Part shown: positions 46,216-56,566 of the stretch, in pieces
Layout: every line of letters begins with the position of its first letter
Numbering within the stretch: position 1 is the stretch's first letter
Assembly (NCBI GenBank): GCA_041654895.1
Contig: JBAZCR010000001.1
Span: 11,057-75,056, forward strand
Reading direction: 5' to 3'
Source: Candidatus Pacearchaeota archaeon
Lineage (GTDB): Archaea > Nanobdellota > Nanobdellia > Pacearchaeales > GW2011-AR1
Length of the DNA stretch: 64,000 nt
Position numbers and translations under genes: made by a program
The notes under the pieces: generated by a model
What the model was told of the DNA's origin: nothing
Database searches by the model: none
The model's input: only the letters and a program-made list of their open reading frames with translations

Positions 46216-48480
46216 ATGTTTAAAGAAAATAGTCCATTATATTCCTTTGATATTGTTCGAGAAAGTGGAGAGAATGTAGCTTATGTTAATTATCTTGGAG
46301 CTAATTATGTTCCAAATTTAGCAGATTATTTTGATGTGATGGCTAGGACTGTTGATCTTTTAATGGAAGATTCTAATATAAGTCGGATTGTTTATGTTCA
46401 ACAAAGAAATTATAGTCATAATTTTGAACAAGTGAATATGTTAATTGAGGTAGCACAGTTATATAATCATCTTACAAAGCAGGAAAAAGTTGTTTCTATT
46501 GCTGTTTTAGAAAAATTAGGTTATTTTTATGAAGAGGCTTATTCTTTTTTGAATTATATTATTAATGAGGTTTTAAAAGGAGATCCTGTTAGAGCTTATA
46601 GAGAATTAAAAGGCGCCTTATTTGAACAAAGAGCACTATCTGAAAAAGGCTATGATAATATTAATTATTTGAGATTAATTGAAAAAATAATCAATTCTTT
46701 TGATAGACTTTTATTGATTCAAAAATCCAAAGAGTTATTTAACAATTTTAAAATTGGAGACAGAGGGGTTTATTCTGATTTTTTTAGATCAGATATTATG
46801 CCTAATTTTACTTTCACTAGGATGATTGCAAGTTTACCTAAAAATGCTGAAATAATTAAAGAGTATGAAATTGCTAAAAATTATGATAAGAGTATAGTAA
46901 CCATTTTTAAGGAACCAAATAAAACTAAATTTTATTATCATTTAGTCCCACCAGAATATAACTTGAGTGAAGATTATCATATGCTTCTTAATTTAGCAAG
47001 AAATGTTTTAATAGAACATAAGCCAACACAAGAGGAATTTAATGATAGTCAAAGGACAAGAAGTGTTTTTTTGAATGTTAGTAAAGATTTATTGAGGGAT
47101 TTAGCGAATAATAAGGGCATTAATTTGTCTTATGATGATTTAAATTTATTATCTAATATCCTTGTTAGACATACTATTGGCTTTGGTGTTTTAGAGGTTC
47201 TTTTAGAGGATGAATCATTACAAGATTTGATGATTAACGCACCTGTTAGTTTGACTCCTATTTTCGTAAGACATAATGATTATGGAGAATGTGCTACAAA
47301 TTTAATTCCTTCAAAAGAAGATGCTGATTCTTGGGCTACTAAATTTAGAATGAGTAGTGGGAGGGCATTAGACGAAGCAAATCCTATTTTAGATACTAAT
47401 TTAGAATTACCTAACTCTAGTGCAAGAGTCGCAATAATTCAACAACCCTTAAGTAATGGGGGGCTTGCATATGCTTTAAGAAGACATAGAAATAAACCTT
47501 GGACATTGCCTTTATTTATGAAAGTAAATATGATTGATGGGCTTGGTGCAGGACTATTAAGCTTTATTATTGATGGAGCTAGAACATTATTAGTTGCAGG
47601 AACAAGGTCTAGTGGTAAAACTTCTTTGCTTGGTAGTTTGCTATTAGAAATTATGCCTAATTTAAGAATTATAACTATTGAGGATACATTAGAATTACCT
47701 GTTGCTGAAATGAGAAGACTTGATTATGATATATTGAGTATGAAAGTTAGAAGTTCATTAGGAGGAGAAAGTAATGAAGTTGACGCTAGTGAAGGTATTA
47801 GAGCTAGTCTACGTCTTGGTGATTCTTCTTTAATAGTCGGTGAAATTAGGAGTGAAGAAGCAAAATCATTATATGAAGCAATGAGAGTTGGTGCTCTAGC
47901 AAATGTTGTTGCAGGTACAATTCATGGTGGAAGTCCTTATTCTGTTTTTGATAGGGTTGTTAATGATTTACAAGTTCCCATTACAAGTTTTAAGGCAACA
48001 GACCTGATTATTGTTTGTAATCCTGTTAAATCTGTTGATGGTTTACGTTCTTATCGAAGAGTTTTGTCTATTAGTGAAGTTAGGAAACACTGGGAAAAGG
48101 ACCCTTTGAGCGAGGGGGGATTTGTAGATTTGATGAAGTATGATGTTTATGAAGACAAATTAAAACCTACCGATGATTTGATAAATGGTGATTCAGAAAT
48201 CTTAAAAGAGATTGCTGCAAATGTTAAAGGTTGGGCTGGAAATTGGGATGCTGTTTGGGATAATATTCTTCTTAGACAAAAGATAAAAGAAGAACTAGTT
48301 AATGTTGCAACAAAACTAAATAATTTTGATTTATTAGAAGCAGAATTTATAGTTAAATCAAATAATGCTTTTCACCAAATAAGCAATCAAGTCAGCAATG
48401 AGTTTGAATTACCTAAAAGTGAAGAAGTTTTTCCAAGATGGAAGAAATGGTTAGAAAAAGAAATTAAAAATTACCTTTAA
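46216..48480 (+). CDS. Type II/IV secretion/pilus assembly ATPase (TadA/FlaI/VirB11 family)
   Basis: Walker A 'GTRSSGKT', Asp box 'TIEDTLEL', 'VGEIRSEEA', 'GTIHG'. Confidence 0.92.
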   Translation: MFKENSPLYSFDIVRESGENVAYVNYLGANYVPNLADYFDVMARTVDLLMEDSNISRIVYVQQRNYSHNFEQVNMLIEVAQLYNHLTKQEKVVSIAVLEKLGYFYEEAYSFLNYIINEVLKGDPVRAYRELKGALFEQRALSEKGYDNINYLRLIEKIINSFDRLLLIQKSKELFNNFKIGDRGVYSDFFRSDIMPNFTFTRMIASLPKNAEIIKEYEIAKNYDKSIVTIFKEPNKTKFYYHLVPPEYNLSEDYHMLLNLARNVLIEHKPTQEEFNDSQRTRSVFLNVSKDLLRDLANNKGINLSYDDLNLLSNILVRHTIGFGVLEVLLEDESLQDLMINAPVSLTPIFVRHNDYGECATNLIPSKEDADSWATKFRMSSGRALDEANPILDTNLELPNSSARVAIIQQPLSNGGLAYALRRHRNKPWTLPLFMKVNMIDGLGAGLLSFIIDGARTLLVAGTRSSGKTSLLGSLLLEIMPNLRIITIEDTLELPVAEMRRLDYDILSMKVRSSLGGESNEVDASEGIRASLRLGDSSLIVGEIRSEEAKSLYEAMRVGALANVVAGTIHGGSPYSVFDRVVNDLQVPITSFKATDLIIVCNPVKSVDGLRSYRRVLSISEVRKHWEKDPLSEGGFVDLMKYDVYEDKLKPTDDLINGDSEILKEIAANVKGWAGNWDAVWDNILLRQKIKEELVNVATKLNNFDLLEAEFIVKSNNAFHQISNQVSNEFELPKSEEVFPRWKKWLEKEIKNYL

Positions 48481-48954
48481 TTATTTTGCTTTTTTTGTTA
48501 GTTGAACAGAAACAATTATGGCTATAATTATTGTTATTAAAAAACTAAACCAACTATTTGAGCCTGTCTCTTCAAAGAAGTTCCAATTAATTGTCCAATG
48601 AAAAATATATGACGATGTAGTAATGAATAGTATAATTAATATAATAACTACTAGCCATTTTAACCAATTTGCTTTTGATAGGAAATCTAATGGTTTTTCT
48701 GAAGGCAAAAATGCAATTAGTATTAAAAATAAAAATACTAGGAGAATTATAACTGTTACCCAAGAAGTTGTTAATGCAATAAAATCAACTAATTGAACTT
48801 CTACTATAAAGAATATTGCAAAAATAAAAGAAATTAATAAACTTACAATTTCTGCATCTCCAAGTATTTTAGTCTTTTTTAAAATTGCATATACTACAAT
48901 AAAGACTAAGAGAAATGAGGCAATAGGTAGGAGTAGTCCAAATGGTGTTGCCAT
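48481..48954 (-). CDS. Multi-pass membrane protein (paralog family)
   Basis: 'FLLVFIVVYAILKKTKILG' motif shared with 48956 and 58913 genes. Confidence 0.65.
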   Translation of the reverse strand: MATPFGLLLPIASFLLVFIVVYAILKKTKILGDAEIVSLLISFIFAIFFIVEVQLVDFIALTTSWVTVIILLVFLFLILIAFLPSEKPLDFLSKANWLKWLVVIILIILFITTSSYIFHWTINWNFFEETGSNSWFSFLITIIIAIIVSVQLTKKAK

Positions 48955-48955
48955 T

Positions 48956-49468
48956 TTATTCTGTTGTTGGAGTATTAGTTCCTTTTTTAGTTGTTAAGTA
49001 GATAATTAATACAATAATTCCTAATACAATAATTCCCCAAATATAATCTTTTAAAAAATAGAATGGACTTAATGTACTAAACCAGTTATTCCAACTTGTT
49101 AATGCCCACAATACTATTGATATTGCAATAACCCAACCTATCCATCCAACTTTTTTAATCCAATCTTTAGTATCATTATCCTTATAGTAAAAGAAACTTA
49201 AAAAAATAATTATTACTAAAAATATTGCAAGCCCTACTCCAAATTTTGGAAAAATATTTGCAAAAAAATAAGATACTGTATTAAATTGTAGTGCTAATAA
49301 GCCTATGGCTATAGAAATAATTACTTTTATTGCATTATTATCACCAAGCAATTTTGATTTTTCTAAGATAGCATAAACAACAGCAAAAATTAATAGGAAT
49401 GGTATAACATACGAAAAAAATCCAATATTATTTAATTGATTTATTATTTCTGATGTTGTAAAAGCCAT
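48956..49468 (-). CDS. Multi-pass membrane protein (paralog family)
   Basis: 'PFLLIFAVVYAILEKSKLLG'. Confidence 0.65.
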   Translation of the reverse strand: MAFTTSEIINQLNNIGFFSYVIPFLLIFAVVYAILEKSKLLGDNNAIKVIISIAIGLLALQFNTVSYFFANIFPKFGVGLAIFLVIIIFLSFFYYKDNDTKDWIKKVGWIGWVIAISIVLWALTSWNNWFSTLSPFYFLKDYIWGIIVLGIIVLIIYLTTKKGTNTPTTE

Positions 49469-49507
49469 ATAAAAAAAAGAGGATTCTTGTTTAAATATGT
49501 TTTGGAA

Positions 49508-50689
49508 TTAAAAAATATAGTTAATAATTGTAGGTATTATAATACTACTCATCATTATTGTCCTGTTACATCTTTCTCTAATAGTCATTAACCCAATTAG
49601 TGTTGATGTAATAAGAACAATTAGTCCGATCATTTTTGAAATTAAAATAGTTAAGAAAATAATAAGAATAATAATAGAATAACTTAATTTTTTGTAATTT
49701 ATCTTGTTGATATTTTTTGCAAAGAATTTTGATAAAAATATTGTTAAAATTGATGCAAAAATTGTTGTAAAAAAAATAGTTAAAAATATTGTTAAAAGAT
49801 GTTCTTTACCTAGAATTATTATTTGAGAAATAAAACTTGCTAAACCCGTTCTTTTTTTATTAATTAAAAATAGCGTGAATATAGAAGTAGATAAAACTAG
49901 TGTGTTTATGGAACCCAATAAAATTAAATATTGTTTCTTTGACTTATTTTTATTTATTATTTGTCCAAATGTTGCAGCTTGACTTGCCCCTAATCCTGGT
50001 AATATAGAACATATTGGAGAAAGAAAAATAGTGGTTAGCGTCGGACTGATTAATTCTTTTTTAGGAATTTTTATTTTTTTTATTTCTTGAACAGGAGGAT
50101 TAGAATTATTATTGATTGAGGTAATCATTTGAGAAAGTCCAAAAAAACCGGTTAGTAAAGGAAGTAAAGGTTGAGTTATATTAGAATTTAATACTATTAA
50201 TCCTAAAATAGAAGAAAAAATAATTATAATAAATGCTTTTATTTTTTTTCCTTTAGAGTTATAAATTAAAAATAAGATAGTTAAGGTTAATAGAAAAGGA
50301 AAAAATAATTCAAGGAAGTCATAAATTTTTGATAAAGCAAAATAAAAAAAAGGAAAAATAAAAATTAAGGAAATTATTGCAATAACTGAACCATATAATG
50401 TATAGATTACAGCTTCGTGTGCTCTTTTATTTAACAAGTATTTATGTCCTGGACTAACACTTAATAATGTATCTTCAGATGGGGCTCCAAAATAAACTGA
50501 TGGAATAAAGTCAATAAAGGTATTTGTTATTGCGGTTGTTATAGAATAAACTAACAGATAGTTAGTATTTATTTTTAAATTTATTAAAACTAATAAACTC
50601 ATAATTAAATTTGTATGTATTCCGGGAACTAATCCTGTGAAAGTCCCTGTAATTAATCCTAAAATAAAAGATAAAAAATAAAAGAACAT
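49508..50689 (-). CDS. TctA/DUF112 family membrane protein
   Basis: 'GTFTGLVPGIHTN', 'FIPSVYFGAP', 'PLLTGFFG'. Confidence 0.85.
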   Translation of the reverse strand: MFFYFLSFILGLITGTFTGLVPGIHTNLIMSLLVLINLKINTNYLLVYSITTAITNTFIDFIPSVYFGAPSEDTLLSVSPGHKYLLNKRAHEAVIYTLYGSVIAIISLIFIFPFFYFALSKIYDFLELFFPFLLTLTILFLIYNSKGKKIKAFIIIIFSSILGLIVLNSNITQPLLPLLTGFFGLSQMITSINNNSNPPVQEIKKIKIPKKELISPTLTTIFLSPICSILPGLGASQAATFGQIINKNKSKKQYLILLGSINTLVLSTSIFTLFLINKKRTGLASFISQIIILGKEHLLTIFLTIFFTTIFASILTIFLSKFFAKNINKINYKKLSYSIIILIIFLTILISKMIGLIVLITSTLIGLMTIRERCNRTIMMSSIIIPTIINYIF

Positions 50690-50741
50690 AAAATTCTCTT
50701 GTTTTTGTTTTTTAAGAGACTTATTTAATTTCTTGGATAAA

Positions 50742-51023
50742 TTATTTTAATGAATATATTTCATTTACGATTATTTGCTTATTTCCCTTATATATTTCTT
50801 CTTTTCCAGTTATTTTAATCTGATCTTTAATTTTTAAATTTAAAATATCTTTAGTAAATATTACAAATTGAATATTGTGGTTTTCTAATTCAAGAAAAGT
50901 TACTTCTTCTTTTATTGTTATTCTTTTAATTATTCCAGAGTATGTAAGCTCTTGAGTATTATTTACAATAGTTGTTAGAAATATTAAAAAAAATAAAGTT
51001 GTTAAAATTAATTTTAAGTTCAT
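50742..51023 (-). CDS. Membrane-anchored OB-fold protein
   Basis: N-terminal TM; 'IKITGKEEIYKG..QIIV' OB-like strands. Confidence 0.6.
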   Translation of the reverse strand: MNLKLILTTLFFLIFLTTIVNNTQELTYSGIIKRITIKEEVTFLELENHNIQFVIFTKDILNLKIKDQIKITGKEEIYKGNKQIIVNEIYSLK

Positions 51024-51349
51024 ATATTTAAGGCCTTTAATTTTTCTTGAATTTCTCTTAACTCTTTATCTATTTCTGAAAAAGGAGCATCCAAATTATA
51101 AACCTTTGATCTTTGTAATTTTGTTTTAGGTAATCTTTTTTCAAATCTTTCTATTTCTTTTTTTAATTCATCAAATTTTTTCTTAAATTCTCTTTTTTTT
51201 AAATCCTTAATTTTTTTTGTCTCTTCTATTTGTTTTAGAAATATTTGTGTTTTTTTAAGATATAGTTGTGCTTTTAATCCTTTTATTTTATTTTCTTTAT
51301 ATTTATCAAATAAAATTGGCACAAAAATTTCTTGTTTGTCATTCTTCAT
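51020..51349 (-). CDS. Coiled-coil hypothetical protein
   Basis: K/E-rich heptads; ATG 51349 just after the upstream stop. Confidence 0.55.
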   Translation of the reverse strand: MKNDKQEIFVPILFDKYKENKIKGLKAQLYLKKTQIFLKQIEETKKIKDLKKREFKKKFDELKKEIERFEKRLPKTKLQRSKVYNLDAPFSEIDKELREIQEKLKALNI

Positions 51350-51350
51350 T

Positions 51351-51815
51351 TTAGAGTCTTCCAAAAATTTCTTTGTCTATTTGTATTAAAAATTCTCTAA
51401 TTTGTTTTGAGTTTTCCTTCCAACTTTCTAATTCTTTTTCTTCTTTTTCTTTTACTTCTTCTAATGTTTTTAATATCTCTTCTAATTCATCTAGTCTTTT
51501 ATTTATCTTCTCAAATTGCTCTTTAGATTCGTTAAATTTGTCAATTCTTACAAAAAATGGGTGATCTTCTTTTTGTTGTGCAGGACTTAGTTCCCTTGTC
51601 GTAGTAGGTATTTTTCTTTCAGGGGATTCTTCTTTTAGCGGATTTGAAAAAGGATTATATTCTGGATTGACTTGTGCAGGTTTAATTGTTTGAATATTAA
51701 AAGGATTATTAGTTTCAACTTGTATAGGTTGGATTTGTTTTGGTTGGATTGGAGGAATATTAAGATTATCTTTTTTTTGTTCTATTTTCGTTTTCTTCTC
51801 TTTGAATAAAGCCAT
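51351..51815 (-). CDS. Pro/Gln-rich + coiled-coil hypothetical protein
   Basis: 'PFFVRIDKF' followed by a coiled coil. Confidence 0.6.
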   Translation of the reverse strand: MALFKEKKTKIEQKKDNLNIPPIQPKQIQPIQVETNNPFNIQTIKPAQVNPEYNPFSNPLKEESPERKIPTTTRELSPAQQKEDHPFFVRIDKFNESKEQFEKINKRLDELEEILKTLEEVKEKEEKELESWKENSKQIREFLIQIDKEIFGRL

Positions 51816-51871
51816 ACTTTTAATTTCCTTTTTTAATTTAAATATATTTGTTGTAATTTCTTAGTTAATAC

Positions 51872-52786
51872 TTATTTTATTTTTAACTCAACAACGTCTT
51901 TATCTTTTAAAACATGATCTAAACCTACTGTTTGTTCAATAAATTTTGCAGAAGGACCTGTTATTTTTGCTATCTTAATCTTTTTTGATAATCCCTTTAA
52001 AATTTTTTCAGCAACATCTGAAACTTTTGAGCCTTGTTTTAAAATTAATGGTATTTTTGAAGGTTCTTTAGAGGGTTCTTTGGTATAAATCCTTATTATC
52101 GGAAATGATTTAAAAATCTCTTTTTTTAATTCTTCTAACTGATAATTATCTTCTTTTTTTGAAAATAATAAAAAATTAATTTTATTATATTTTGATTTTA
52201 TTGTTTCTTTTAATTTTCTTTTTTCTTGATCATTTAATAAATCTGTTTTATTAAAAATATATATTCGCTCTGCATTACTCTTTTGTATCTCTCCTTCTAT
52301 TTTTTTAATTTGTTCTAAATTATCAATAACTATCAATAGTGTATCTGTAGTATTTATTATAGATTTGTTTTGGTTTGGTATTGGAGCGTCGTCTATTATT
52401 TGAATTTGGGTATCTTGATAGCTGAAAGTTCCAAGTTTTGGCTCGTATGTTGTAAAAGGATGAGGAGATATTTTTGTTTCTAGGTTTGTTAGTTTTTTAA
52501 AAATAGTAGATTTTCCTGTATTTGGATAACCAATTAAAACACATTGAATTTCTGCTTTTCTTATTCCTTGTTGGTTTGATTTTCCTTTTTTTGATTGTTT
52601 ATTAAATTGCTCTTTTAATTTTTTTTGTCTTGTTTTTAATTGTGCTAGCATCTTTTCAGCACCCTTATGTTTTGGACATTCTTTTATCATTATGTCTAAG
52701 CATTTCATTTTTTCTTCTAAGGTTGTAGCTTTTAGAAAATCTTCTTCAGCTCTTTGATAAAAAGGTGATTGATTAGTTGATGCCAT
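51872..52786 (-). CDS. DRG/OBG-family GTPase with TGS domain
   Basis: 'PKHKGAE', G1 'GYPNTGKS', 'PFTT', 'NKTD', TGS 'VGLDHVLKDKDVVE'. Confidence 0.88.
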   Translation of the reverse strand: MASTNQSPFYQRAEEDFLKATTLEEKMKCLDIMIKECPKHKGAEKMLAQLKTRQKKLKEQFNKQSKKGKSNQQGIRKAEIQCVLIGYPNTGKSTIFKKLTNLETKISPHPFTTYEPKLGTFSYQDTQIQIIDDAPIPNQNKSIINTTDTLLIVIDNLEQIKKIEGEIQKSNAERIYIFNKTDLLNDQEKRKLKETIKSKYNKINFLLFSKKEDNYQLEELKKEIFKSFPIIRIYTKEPSKEPSKIPLILKQGSKVSDVAEKILKGLSKKIKIAKITGPSAKFIEQTVGLDHVLKDKDVVELKIK

Positions 52787-52866
52787 GCTAAATTAAGGAG
52801 TCTCTCTTTTAATTATTTTTCTTTAGTTTTCAAAAGATTTAAATAAATTTATTTGAATAGTTTATT

Positions 52867-53130
52867 ATGGAAGGATTTTTTTATACTAATGAATTTTATT
52901 TATCTATAGGTTTAGGAATTTTAGGAATAATCTTTTTGATTTTCTTAATTTTTTTTATTTTCAAAAAACCTAAACCAAATAAATTTGATCCAGTTATGCC
53001 AAAAGGAATTGTAAAAGAGAAAAAGAAGGATATTTCTAGTGATAAAAAAATAACTGAACCTGTTTTAATGAACAATAAAAATAATTTTTTACAATCTCCT
53101 AAGAAATATCAAAGAACATCCTTTAGATAG
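52867..53130 (+). CDS. Single-TM hypothetical protein
   Basis: N-terminal hydrophobic helix, basic tail. Confidence 0.55.
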   Translation: MEGFFYTNEFYLSIGLGILGIIFLIFLIFFIFKKPKPNKFDPVMPKGIVKEKKKDISSDKKITEPVLMNNKNNFLQSPKKYQRTSFR

Positions 53131-53165
53131 GTAAATTAATTAAATCTCTTTTTATATTTTTATTT

Positions 53166-53846
53166 ATGAAAGTTGGAGTATTATTTAGTGGAGGAAAAGA
53201 TTCTGTTTTTTCTGCATTTATTGCTAAAAAAAAGGGTTTTGAAATTTGTTGTTTGATTAGTTTGTTTAGTGAAAATAAGGAAAGTTACATGTTTCATACT
53301 CCAAATATTAGTTTAACTAAATTTCAGGCAAAGAGTATGAATCTGCCTCTGGTTATAAAAAAAACAAAAGGAAATAAAGAGGAGGAATTAAGTGACTTAT
53401 ATAATATTTTAAGAAATGTTAAGCGAAAATATTCTCTAGATGCAATTATTTCTGGTGCTGTTTATTCTGTTTATCAATTTAGTAGAATTAAAAAAATTTG
53501 TGATGATTTAGATTTAAAATTATTTAATCCTTTATGGCAGATGAAAGAGGAAAAATTGTTGAAAGGTTTAATTAAAAATAATTTTGAAGTTATTCTTGTA
53601 GGGGTTTTTGCATATCCATTAGATAAATCTTTTTTAGGCATTAAAATTGATGAAATTTTTGTTAAAAAATTTAAAGAATTAAACAAAAAATATGGAGTGA
53701 GTATAATTGGAGAAGGTGGAGAGTTTGAGAGTTTTGTTTTAAATTGCCCTTTATTTAATCAAAAATTAGTTGTTGAAAGTTTTCAAGACTTCTGTGATTC
53801 TGAGAATTCCTGTGTGAGGAAAATAAAATTAAGCAAAAATATTTAA
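53166..53846 (+). CDS. dph6: Diphthine-ammonia ligase (Dph6, PP-loop ATPase)
   Basis: 'LFSGGKDS', 'SYMFH', 'PLW', 'GEGGEFESFV'. Confidence 0.9.
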   Translation: MKVGVLFSGGKDSVFSAFIAKKKGFEICCLISLFSENKESYMFHTPNISLTKFQAKSMNLPLVIKKTKGNKEEELSDLYNILRNVKRKYSLDAIISGAVYSVYQFSRIKKICDDLDLKLFNPLWQMKEEKLLKGLIKNNFEVILVGVFAYPLDKSFLGIKIDEIFVKKFKELNKKYGVSIIGEGGEFESFVLNCPLFNQKLVVESFQDFCDSENSCVRKIKLSKNI

Positions 53847-53870
53847 AATCTTCCTTGTTTTTATTTGTTT

Positions 53871-54653
53871 ATGGATATCATCTCAGAAATTAAAGAAAAA
53901 AAGGAATTTAAGAATTTACCTAATGAAATTGTCGAGGTTGTTTTGAGTGAATTTAAGAATTTAGACGACGAATCTGAAATTATTAAAAGATCAAGAGAAA
54001 AATTAAGAAAATATTTTGGTATTTTTTTGACAAATAGGATTGTTAAGCCTAGAAATATTTTGAATTTTGACTTAATGTTAAAATCCCATCTTTCAAGTTC
54101 AAAGAGGGATTATAATTTATTTTATACAAAACTATTTGATTTTGAATTTAAGGGTTTTGATCGTGTTTTAGATTTTGGTTGTGGAGTTAATGGTTTTAGT
54201 TATCCTTATCTTCAGAAAATTTTAAAAAATATTGAATATATTTGCTTTGATGTTAGCATTGATATTATAAGAAATACTAATACTTTCTTTGATAAAATGA
54301 AATTAAATAACTGCACATGTTTTTATAAGAATCTTTTTGATTTTGAAGGAACAGATTATTTTTTTAAGAAGGATAAAAATATATGTGTTTTTTGTTTTCA
54401 AATTTTGGATGCTCTTGATGGATTAAAAAAGAATTTTTCATTAGATTTTTTAAATCACTTAAAATCATTTATGAAAGAAAATGATGTTCTTATAATTAGT
54501 TATTCTTTGGAAAGTATTAGTGGTAAAAATCGTTTTAGGACGAAAAGAAAAAAATTATTAGAATTTATTAATTCAGAATTTGAAATTTTAAAGAATTTTA
54601 ATATGTATGGGGAACGTTTTTTAATTTTAAAACCCAAATTATTAAAAACTTAA
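53871..54653 (+). CDS. Class I SAM methyltransferase, ArmA/Rmt (FmrO)-like
   Basis: 'LKSHLSSSKR', 'VLDFGCGVN', 'ISYSLESISGK' resemble FmrO-family motifs. Confidence 0.6.
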   Translation: MDIISEIKEKKEFKNLPNEIVEVVLSEFKNLDDESEIIKRSREKLRKYFGIFLTNRIVKPRNILNFDLMLKSHLSSSKRDYNLFYTKLFDFEFKGFDRVLDFGCGVNGFSYPYLQKILKNIEYICFDVSIDIIRNTNTFFDKMKLNNCTCFYKNLFDFEGTDYFFKKDKNICVFCFQILDALDGLKKNFSLDFLNHLKSFMKENDVLIISYSLESISGKNRFRTKRKKLLEFINSEFEILKNFNMYGERFLILKPKLLKT

Positions 54654-54666
54654 TTTTTTTTATAGA

Positions 54667-55863
54667 ATGATGGTTATATTTAATAAGGGTAAGTTGAAGA
54701 ATGGTTTAAGAGTTATTTGTGAAGAAAGAGAGAGTGATGTTTCAACTATTATGTTTGCAGTACCTTTTGGTGCAATGTATGAAGAAAAAGAAGAGAAGGG
54801 TATTGCCCACTTTATAGAACATTTATGTTTTAAGGGTACAGAAAAAAGAAATAGTGCAGAAATAGCCAAAACTTTAGAGAAATATGGGGGAGAATTAAAT
54901 GCTTTTACACATGAAGAAATGACTGCATATTATGTTAAGATACCAAATGAATTCTTAGAAATTGCAATTGATGTTTTAAGTGATATTTTTTTTAATCCTA
55001 TTTTTCCAGAAGAAGAGATAGAAAAAGAAAGAAATGTAATTTTAGAAGAGATAAAGATGTACTATGATAATCCTCGAGCACAGAGTTATAAAAAGATTAA
55101 AGAGAATTTGTTTTTTGAACCTCATGGTTTGTTTATTGCAGGAAGTGAAGAAAGTTTGATAAAAATGGACAGAGAGAAACTATTAGAGAAACATAGAAGT
55201 GTTTATTGTCCTGAAAAATGTATTCTTTGTGTTGTTGGAGGAAATAAATTTGAAGAAGTAATTGATATCTCAAATAAATATATTTCTTTAATTGAAAGAG
55301 AAATTAAACCATTAAAAAAAATTTCAATTGAAAAGAGAACGTTGAACAATTTTGAGACTAGGATTAATTTATCTCAATCAAACCTTTGTTTAGGGATTCA
55401 TTTTCCTTCTTTTTTAGATGATTTAAGATATTCTGCAGAAATTTTTAATATGATCTTGGGTGTTGGTATGAGTAGTAAATTATTTAGCGAGGTTAGAGAA
55501 AAAAAAGGTTTAGTATATGGAGTAAAATCTGAATTAGATTTGGGAAGAAATTATGGTTATATGGTTATTTGGGCTGGGTGCGATAAAAAAAATATTGAAG
55601 AAGTTTTTGGAATTTTTAAAGAAGAATTTAAAAAAATGGAGTTTATTAGCGAAAGAGAATTAGAGGATGCGAAAATTCAATTAATTGGAAGTAAAAAAGT
55701 TCGTTCTGACTTAAATGAGGTTGCAATTAATTTAATTATGGAAGAACTTAGTTCTAATGCCGAGAATTATTATAATTATGAAACTAATGTTTCTAAAGTC
55801 AAAATAGAAGATATCAAAAAATTATGTTCTAATTTAGATTTTGCAAGTTATTATTTGGCTTAA
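54667..55863 (+). CDS. M16 family zinc peptidase
   Basis: 'GIAHFIEHL' HxxEH, 'NAFT', 'SSKLFSEVREKKGLVY'. Confidence 0.93.
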   Translation: MMVIFNKGKLKNGLRVICEERESDVSTIMFAVPFGAMYEEKEEKGIAHFIEHLCFKGTEKRNSAEIAKTLEKYGGELNAFTHEEMTAYYVKIPNEFLEIAIDVLSDIFFNPIFPEEEIEKERNVILEEIKMYYDNPRAQSYKKIKENLFFEPHGLFIAGSEESLIKMDREKLLEKHRSVYCPEKCILCVVGGNKFEEVIDISNKYISLIEREIKPLKKISIEKRTLNNFETRINLSQSNLCLGIHFPSFLDDLRYSAEIFNMILGVGMSSKLFSEVREKKGLVYGVKSELDLGRNYGYMVIWAGCDKKNIEEVFGIFKEEFKKMEFISERELEDAKIQLIGSKKVRSDLNEVAINLIMEELSSNAENYYNYETNVSKVKIEDIKKLCSNLDFASYYLA

Positions 55864-56516
55864 TTATTTATTATCTCTAAAAATTCCTTTGTAGTTTTTT
55901 CATCTAAAATTTTTTCTAAATTTTCTTGCTTTTGATTTATTATATTTTTAATTGTTTTAAATTTCTTAATTAGCTCTTTTGATTTTTTAATCCCTATATT
56001 TTGAAAGCCTTGTAAAATATATTCTTTTTTTTCTTGTAATGTTTTTCTATTCTTCAAGATACGAATAGAATATTGTTTTTTTGTTTTAGTTAGTATTTTT
56101 ATTAAAATTTTTGAAGTCTCTAATTCATTTGATGAATAAAGAATCGGTATTTGGAATTTAACATTAATTGACAAAATTAATCCCTTAATAATTTTTATTT
56201 TTTCTTGGCTTAAATTATTATAATCTCCCTCTAGAATCAATATTTTCCTTGGATATTTTTTAATATTTGTTAATTGATTAATCAGTCTTTTTGAATAAAA
56301 GGAAGATAAAAAATCATTAAAGGTTTTCCTTTCAATTATTAAATCTGAAATTAAATAATCACCAATTTCTAATTTTTCTTTTTGATAAGGTATTCCTTCT
56401 TTGATAAGATATGTTGGAACAAGAGAATTTTTTTCTCTAGTATCTATTATTATTTTTGAAGTATAGGTTGGTTTTATTTTTCTTATTTTCGAACTGCTAA
56501 AAATATCTTCTATCAT
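55860..56516 (-). CDS. ERCC4/XPF nuclease + HhH (Hef C-terminal part)
   Basis: 'IDTRE', 'GDY', 'IERKT..DF', HhH 'NIGIKK'. Confidence 0.9.
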   Translation of the reverse strand: MIEDIFSSSKIRKIKPTYTSKIIIDTREKNSLVPTYLIKEGIPYQKEKLEIGDYLISDLIIERKTFNDFLSSFYSKRLINQLTNIKKYPRKILILEGDYNNLSQEKIKIIKGLILSINVKFQIPILYSSNELETSKILIKILTKTKKQYSIRILKNRKTLQEKKEYILQGFQNIGIKKSKELIKKFKTIKNIINQKQENLEKILDEKTTKEFLEIINN

Positions 56517-56566
56517 TTAAGAAAAAACTCTTTGGATTTAAAAAAGTAATAAATAATTCTGGATAA

